Part shown: positions 56,810 to 64,000 of the stretch, piece after piece
How positions within the stretch are numbered: the first letter of the stretch is position 1
Layout of the letters: each line of letters opens with the position of its first letter
Source: Heptranchias perlo
Lineage: Eukaryota
Direction of reading: 5' to 3'
Assembly (NCBI RefSeq): GCF_035084215.1
Contig: NC_090361.1
Span: 4,030,001-4,094,000, forward strand
Length of the DNA stretch: 64,000 nt
Position numbers and translations under genes: made by a program
The notes under the pieces: generated by a model
The model's database searches: none
What the model saw: the letters and a program-made list of their open reading frames with translations, nothing else
Told to the model about the DNA's origin: nothing

Positions 56810-57965
56810 GAGGTTGTTACACAAGATTAGGGCTCATGGGGTGGGGGTCGATTAGCATCATTTGAGGATTGGTTAACGGACAGAAAACAGAGAGTAGGAA
56901 TAAACGGGTCATTTTCGGGTTGGCAGGTTGTAACTAGTGGGGTGCCGCAAGGATCAATGCTTGGGCCTCAGCTGTTTAAAATATATATCAATGACTTAGA
57001 TGAGGGGACAGAGTGTAATGTATCCAAATTTGCTGACAGATACAAAGCTAGGTGGGAAAGTAAGCTGTGACGAGGACGCAAAGAGGCTGCGAAGGGATAT
57101 CGACAGGTTAAGTGAGTGGGCAAGAAGGTGGCAGATGGAATATAATGTGGAGAAATGTGGAATTATCCACTTTGGTAGGAAGAATAGAAAAGCAGAATAT
57201 TTCTTAAAAGGTGAGAGACCAAGAAATGTTGGTATTCAGAGGGATTTGGGTGTCCTTGTACACGAATCACAGAAAGTTAATGTGCAGGTACAGCAAGCAA
57301 TTAAGAAGGCAAATGGTATATTAGCCTTTATTGCGAGCGGGTTGGAGTATAATAGTGAGGAGGTTTTGCTGCAGTTATAGAGGGCTCTGGAGAGACCACA
57401 TCTGGAGTACTGTGTACAGTTTTGGTCTTCTTACCTAAGGAAGGATAGACTTTCCTTAGAGGCGGTGCAACGAAGGGTCACTAGATTGATTCCTGGGATG
57501 AGAGGGTTGTTCTATGAGGAGAGATTGAGTAGAATAGGCCTATATTCTCTGGAGTTTAGAAGAATGAGAGGTGATCTCATTGAAACATATAAGATTCTGA
57601 GGGGGCTTGACAGGGTAGATGCTGAGAGGCTGTTTCCCCTGGCTGGAGAGTCCAGAACTAGGGTGAATAGTCACAAGATAATGGGTCGGCCATTTAAGAC
57701 TGAGATGAGGAGGAATTTCTTCACTCAGAGGGTTGTGAATATTTGGAATTCTCTCCCCCAGAGAGCTGTGGATGTTCAGTTGTTGAGTATATTCAAGACT
57801 CAGATCGATAGATTTTTGGACACTAAGGGAATCAAGGGATATGGGGATTGGGCGGGAATGTGGAGTTGAGGTCAAAGATCAGCCATGATCTGATTGAATG
57901 GTGGAGCAGGCTCGAGGGGCCATATGGCCTACTCCTGCTCCTATTTCTTACTTTCTTGTGTTCTT
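56810..57965 (+). mobile_element. CR1 LINE 3' fragment with RT motifs
   Basis: GVPQGS region, DTKLGG, WQMEYNVEKC, C-terminal CR1 peptide, tail. Confidence 0.88.
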
Positions 57966-58329
57966 AGGAAGCCCAATGGGCCAAGTCAAGGTGAAGAGAA
58001 ACCCATTTTCTTCAATAATGTCGAGAAACCCCTCCATGAGAAAACCACATATACAAGAGGCAAAGTTTGACTTGACTCCCAACAGCGCATGGTGATAGAT
58101 GATAGTGACGTTAGGAATAGCACCTGCCTCTTGAGATTAGTCACATTCCATATCAATGTTGCAATTCTACCGCAAGATTTCCTTATACAGTAAATTTTTG
58201 AAGATGCTGTAGAGCAGCCATCCTGTCAGCATGGCTCCCTCCCACCCATAGGACAAGCATGAGCTCACCATTACATCGGTCACTCCAGCCGGTCTAGAAG
58301 GGAAGGCAAGACCAATAAGGTTAGAGGAA

Positions 58330-59030
58330 GATAGGACGATAGGAACAGGAGTAGGTCACTTGGCTGCTCCAGCCTGTTCCGCCATTCAATGAGTTCATGG
58401 CTGATCTGTGACCTAACTCCATATACCCACCTTAGCCCCATATCCCTTAATACCTTTGGTTAACAAAAATCTATCAATCTCAGATTTAAAATTAACAATT
58501 GAGCTAGCATCGACTGCCATTTGTGGAAGAGAGTTCCAAACTTCTACCACCCTTTGCGTGTAGAAGTGTTTCCTAACTTCACTCTTGAAAGTCCTGGCTC
58601 TGATTGTTAGTCTATGTCCCCTAGTCCGAGAATCCCCAATCAGCGGAAATAGTTTCTCTCTATCCACCCTATCAGTTCCCCTTAATATCTTGAAAACTTT
58701 GATCAAATCACCCCTTAATCTTCAAAATCCCAGGGAATGCAACCCTAGTTTGTGTAATCTCTCCTCGTAATTTAACCCTTGGAGACCAGGTATCATTCCA
58801 GTAAATCTGCGCTGCACTCACTCTAAGACCAATATATCCTTCCTAAGATGCGGTGCCCAGAACTGAACACAGTACTCCAGGTGTGGCCTAACCAGGACTT
58901 TGTATAACTGTAGCATAACTTCTACACCTTGTATTCTAGTCCTCTAGATGTAAAGGCCAGCATTCTATTAGCCTTTTTGACTATTTTCTGTACCTGTCAG
59001 TGACATTTTAATGATCTATGTACATGGACC
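58330..59030 (-). mobile_element. CR1 LINE 3' fragment
   Basis: Minus-strand ORF IKVFKILRGTDRVDREKLFPL...RVVEVWNSLP. Confidence 0.8.
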
Positions 59031-60569
59031 TATGTACATGGGCACTATATCAACTCTAAAAGAAAGAAAGACTTGTATTTATGTAGCACCTTTCATGACC
59101 CCAGGATGTCCTAAAGCACTTTACAGCCAATAAAGTGTAGTCACTGTTGTAATGTAGGAAACCCGGCGGCCAATTTGCGCACAGCAAGATCCCACAAACA
59201 GCAATGTGATAATGACCAGATAATCTGTTTTAGTGACGATGGTCGAGGGATAATTATTGGCCAGGACACCATGGAGAACTCCCCTGCTCTTCTTCGAAAT
59301 AGTGGCCGTGGGATCTTTTACATCCACCTGAGAGTGCAGACGGGTCCTCGGTTTAAAGTCTGATCCGAAAGACGGCCCCTCCGATAATGCAGCGCTCCCT
59401 GAGTCGTGCGCTGGAGTGTCAGCCTGGATTTTGTAACAAAGATTACTTCAAAATTACCTTTTGTAAAGCAATAATACTCACTTTAATTAAATCTGAAAAG
59501 AATTAAAATACGTTGTCTCTTTAAGAGCACCTACAGTTGTGAAATACAATTTCTGGTCACATTTATTTTGTGATGGTGTGCCTCAATCTACCACTAAGGG
59601 GCGGCATTGTACACAATACATTCATGGGTTGCGGTAGTGTAATAGTTATGTTACTGCACTTGTAATCCAAAGACCTGGACTAATAATCCACCGAAATCTG
59701 AGTTCAAATCCCACCACGGCAGTTTGAGAATTTAAATTCATTTAAAAAAAAATAAAGCAGGATCAGTAAAAGTGACCATAACACTGTTGGATTGTTGTAA
59801 AAACCCAACTAGTTTCTATTTTCATTGACTCCGTGTATGTGGATGATGCCCTCAACGGGCAGCGTACAGAATGAGAAAGAGGAAGGGGCCAAGGACAGGT
59901 CCTTGGGGGACTCACGAGGTAACAGTGCGGGGACGGGAAGAGAAGCCATTGCTGGAGATGCTCTGGCTGTAATCGGATACGTAAGACTGGAAGCAAGTGA
60001 GGGAGGTCCCACTGAAAGAAAGAAAAACTTGCATTTATATAGCGCCTTTCAGGATCTCAGGACGTCCCAACACGTTTTACAGCCAACGAAGTACTTTTGA
60101 AGTGTAGTCACTGTTGTACTGTCGGAAAACACGGCAGCCAATTTGCGCACTGCAAGATCCCACAAACTGCAACGTGATAATGACCAGATAATCTGTTTTT
60201 AATGAAGTTGGTTGAGGGATAAATATTGGCCCAGGACACCGGGGAGAACTCCCCCCTGCTCTTCTTCGAAATAGTGGCCGTGGGATCTTTTACGTCCACC
60301 TGAGAGGGCAGACGGGGCCTCGGTTTAACGTCTCGCCCGAAGAACGGATGGTGCAAAGATTGGGATGAGGGTTCGGAAAACCAAAAAAAAACATGAAAAA
60401 GCTTTAAACAAAACCGGAACAGCCCATTGCTGTTTGAAATGAAATGAATAATGCTGTGGCTGCTCAGCCTGGTTAGTTGCAAAGCTCTCTGGGAGTTGGA
60501 GTACGGCCTGTGTTGCATGAACTACGACTCCCAGAGTGCTTTGCAGCTCATAAAAGTGAGGCTTTTATT

Positions 60570-60665
60570 AAAAAGTTGAAAGAGGAAGGAGCTAGTGGTT
60601 TAGAAAGAAGCTGCTCTCTGGAGGAAACAGTCAAGCGGGGAAATGCAGCGAACAGGTGGCAGCTT
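60570..60665 (+). promoter_or_regulatory. Putative VAV promoter with PU.1/ETS sites
   Basis: AAAGAGGAAG 60579-60588, further GGAA cores at about 60623 and 60639, and E-box CAGGTG at about 60653, 120-200 bp upstream of the ATG. Confidence 0.4.
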
Positions 60666-60775
60666 TCTCTTCAGGGTTTTTTTTCGCTCAACTTAATTTT
60701 GCCGTTTTGTTTTTTTTGTAACTCGGGCTCATGCACACTTTGCTCCTTTTGGCGGATTGCTGAACCGTTTGGGAA

Positions 60776-60979
60776 ATGGATCTTTGGAAGCAGTGTGCCC
60801 ACTGGCTGATTGACTGTAAAGTGTTGCCCCCCAATCACCGAGTGACCTGGGACAATGCCCAGGTCTGCGACTTGGCCTGGGCTCTGCGGGATGGCGTCCT
60901 TCTCTGTCAGCTTCTCAACAACCTCCGGCCCCACTCGATCAACCTCAAGGAGATCAATCTGAGACCTCAAATGTCTCAG
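60776..60979 (+). CDS. VAV1: VAV guanine nucleotide exchange factor, first coding exon (start of the CH domain), VAV1-like; the gene continues beyond the window
   Basis: [68 protein letters not shown] followed by CAG|gtaagt. VAV family is certain. L3, H9 and C31 are VAV1-like while several other residues match VAV3/VAV2, so the paralogue name is tentative. Confidence 0.8.
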
Positions 60980-62416
60980 GTAAGTTAAAACCTCTCTTTG
61001 ACTTCTCTGCGATCTCCTGTGCTCTCGGTAGCCGTGTTCAGTTACGTGAATATCGCGTAAGGGATAGGTATTAAAGGACCCCACTGCCCCCCGCCACACC
61101 CCCCCCCCGGCCCCACCTTGAATGGTTCAGCGAGTTTGTCTTAATGAGTAGCTGAGATCAGAACAGTCCCATTTGCAGTCCGTGGTCTGTGCTGAGATAG
61201 GTGATCACAGGAACATAGAAACAGGAGGAGGCCATTCAGCCCCTCAAGCCGGTTCTGCCATTTAATTAGATCATGGCTGATCTGTATCTTAACTCCATCT
61301 ACCTGCCCTGGTTCCGTAACCCTTAATCCCCTTACCCAACAAAAAATCTATCAATCTCAGTTTTGAAATTTTCAATTGACCCCCAGCCTCAGCAGCTTTT
61401 TGGGGGGAGAGAGTTCCAGATTCCCATTACCCTTTGCGTGAAGAAATGCTTCCTGACATCACCCCTGAACGGCCTAGCTCTAATTTTAAGGTTATGCCCC
61501 CTTGTTCTGGACTCTCCCCACCAGAGGAAATAATTTCTCTCTATCTACCGTATCAAATCATTTAATCATCTTAAACACCTTAATTAGATCGCCCCTTAAT
61601 CTTCTATACTCGAGGGAATACAAGTCTAGTCTATGCAACCTGTCCTCGAAATTTAACCCTCTTAGCTCATGAACGCAGCTGGGTTGGTGTTAGGAGTGCT
61701 CCAATTGTCCTCAGTGCCATTGGGCTAGAGATGGAAAGACCAGGTAGGATCTCATCACCTGACTCCTGCTGGAATTCCACATGTGTGATAATTCCCAACA
61801 TCTCCCCATGGTTAAAACTGCTGGGCTCGTACATGAAGTCTGGGCGCTCGGGTAAGGTAATGGAGGGTGACGGGAGACTGAGGAGCGTTAAGTCAACACC
61901 TTAGTCTGAAGAGGAGGAGATGGGTGACAAACAAAACAAAGAAAATCTATAATGGTGATGGTCCATTCATAAGTGACATTTCCTGTGAGTGATTTACCTT
62001 TAGTTTTGCATAGATAGGCTGACTGTCCCATGTCTGCAGTTCCCAAAGCAATTCAGATAGGTGAGGTGTGAATCGTCCTCTGGTCTCTTTTGATCAGCCA
62101 CTTTATCCGTCGTCACACTTGCCCAAAGTCTGTTGGCACTGAAGATTTTCTCTTGTGCCCGATTTGCTCTCCTTTTCTTCCCCCGAAAGTCCTCAGTCCT
62201 GTCGGGGTACAGTCCTGCGGGCAGGCACCTCCCCGAAATGGCCATTCTTCATGTGCGAGCCCAGACAGCGGGCGGCAGCAGACTATTCCGCCGCAGTGGG
62301 AATCACGAGCGAGCCCTGGTATGGTGTCGCACGTGCACTTTCTGGACCTTCCTAGCCTGGGGGAGCTGAGACCAATCGTAGCCCCCCCCCAACCACTGCC
62401 CGACTGAGACCACAGA

Positions 62417-62925
62417 CAACAACAATAACTTGCATTTATATAGTGCCTTTAAACTAGCAAAACATCCCAAGGCGCTTCACAGGAGCGATTATCAGACAAA
62501 AATTGACACCGAGCCATATAAGGATATATTAGGACAGGTGACCAAAAGCTTGGTCAAAGAGGTAGGTTTTAACGAGTGTCTTAAAAGAGGAGAGAGAGAC
62601 GGAGAGGTTTAGGGAGGGAATTCCAGTGCTTAGAGCCGAGGCAGCTGAAGGCACGGCCGCCAATGGTGGAGCGATGAAATTCGGGGGATGCGCAAGAGGC
62701 CAGAATTGGAGGAGCACAGAGATCTCGGAGGGTTGTAGGGCTGGAGGAGGTTACAGAGATAGGGAGGAGCGAGGGCCATGGAGGGACTTGAACACAAGGA
62801 TGAGAATTTTAAAATCGAGGCGTTGCTGGACCGGGAGCCAATGCAGGTCAGCGAGCACAGGGGGGGGGGATGGGTGAACGGGACTTGGTGCGAGTTAGAA
62901 TACGGGCAGCAGAGTTTTGGATGAC
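62417..62925 (-). mobile_element. L2-clade LINE 3' fragment in VAV intron 1
   Basis: Colinear with 10016-10520. Confidence 0.78.
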
Positions 62926-64000
62926 TGGGGATTGAAGCTCGGACCTTCTGATCTGTGCGGCTTAGTTAGGATTAGACAAGTGCCTGAGGGGAGCTCACGG
63001 TAGGACTTCAGAAAAAAAAGGAGTTGGCGGTAGTCGGGAAGGAAAATTTAGTGACCTAAACCTTTTCGTCGTCTTATTATCCATCTGACGAAGCCGACTG
63101 ACTGGGTTTGCATTAATGATCCACCCACACTCCCCTCACCAGTTGCGACTTCCAAATTATGTGCGTCCCACAGAAAGCGGGGGATGATTGCACAGTGAGT
63201 TGACAAGGGTGATGTGTTAGTGCACAATATGGAATGCAATCACAGAGCAGAACAGACTTCACCATGATGGTGCCAGCGATGGGAAGTTATAGTTATAAGG
63301 AGGGACTTGAGATACTAGCGTTCTTTCCACTGGAACAGAGAAGGCTGAGGAGATTTAATAGAGGTTTATTAAAATTATAAAAGGGTTCTGTTAGTGAATC
63401 GGGAAAGACTATTTGCTCTGGTTGAGGAGTTAGTGACAATGGGTCATCAATTCAGAATTGTCATTAGGAGAGTGGGGTGAAAGGTCAAGGCAGAGACCAA
63501 TCCTTCTTTAAAGGGAAAATTGGATAAATTTTTGAAGCAGAGAAGGTTACAGGGCTATGGAGAGAGAGTGGGATTAGTCTGGATTGCTCCAGCAAGTAGC
63601 GATCACGTAGTAAACGTGAGAGTAGGAAATTGGTAAGACAGAGGAACGATACCTGCAAATTCATCTGTGCCTCTCAGTTGCTGTTTATTACTGTGCTTAG
63701 AAACAGGCAGGGAGCAAACATTTTGTGTAGAAATCTCTCTCTGGTAGCATAACAAATAGACAGCGTTGCTGTCTGTCTCCGTCCATAGTCTCTCTGAGCA
63801 GCAGTGTAAAAGCTTAAAGCTCTGGACCAAATAAACTACTTGTAAAAATATATTTCTTAAAAGCCTCATTGTTTTACTTGCAAAACAATGTACTATTGAT
63901 GCTGATGTACTTCCTTACTGTCAATGGAGTTGCGTAACAGGTCCATCAAAGAACAGGGCTCTGCACCTCATCATTGTTCAGGGATTTGTCCCTCATGAAG

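Noticed and set aside
60671-61099. 142-aa minus-strand ORF
   Set aside because: Antisense shadow of VAV exon 1 with no independent support.
61000-64000. VAV exon 2 (expected FLCLKNIRTF-like)
   Set aside because: Not found in the window; the region appears to be intron 1 with repeats.

Overview
Repeat-dense vertebrate genomic DNA. The repeat families (HER1/CR1-type LINEs, L2 3' ends, SacSINE1-like DeuSINEs, Penelope-derived elements) point to a cartilaginous fish; this is inferred. I assembled four spliced protein-coding genes by hand from GT-AG boundaries and phase continuity. (1) The 3' part of an unidentified coiled-coil gene (+, 1496-7413). (2) A complete type II C-type lectin-like receptor (+, 21744-39064) with two cytoplasmic YxN/YxxPhi motifs, six short phase-1 stalk exons and a non-Ca2+-type, heavily N-glycosylated CTLD. 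(3) A complete 7-exon, divergent GCLM-like gene (-, 53626-45128). (4) Exon 1 of a VAV-family, VAV1-like gene (+, 60776-60979), head-to-head with the GCLM-like gene. An assembly gap lies at 41355-41862. The strongest leads are a possible retained GCLM ohnologue in a VAV1/lectin neighbourhood, the unusual lectin receptor with a twice-repeated, synonymously conserved read-through tail, and a family of TSD-flanked palindromic elements carrying minimal hammerhead ribozyme motifs on both strands. Comparisons with human proteins are from memory, and no database search was run. Repeat boundaries without TSDs are approximate.
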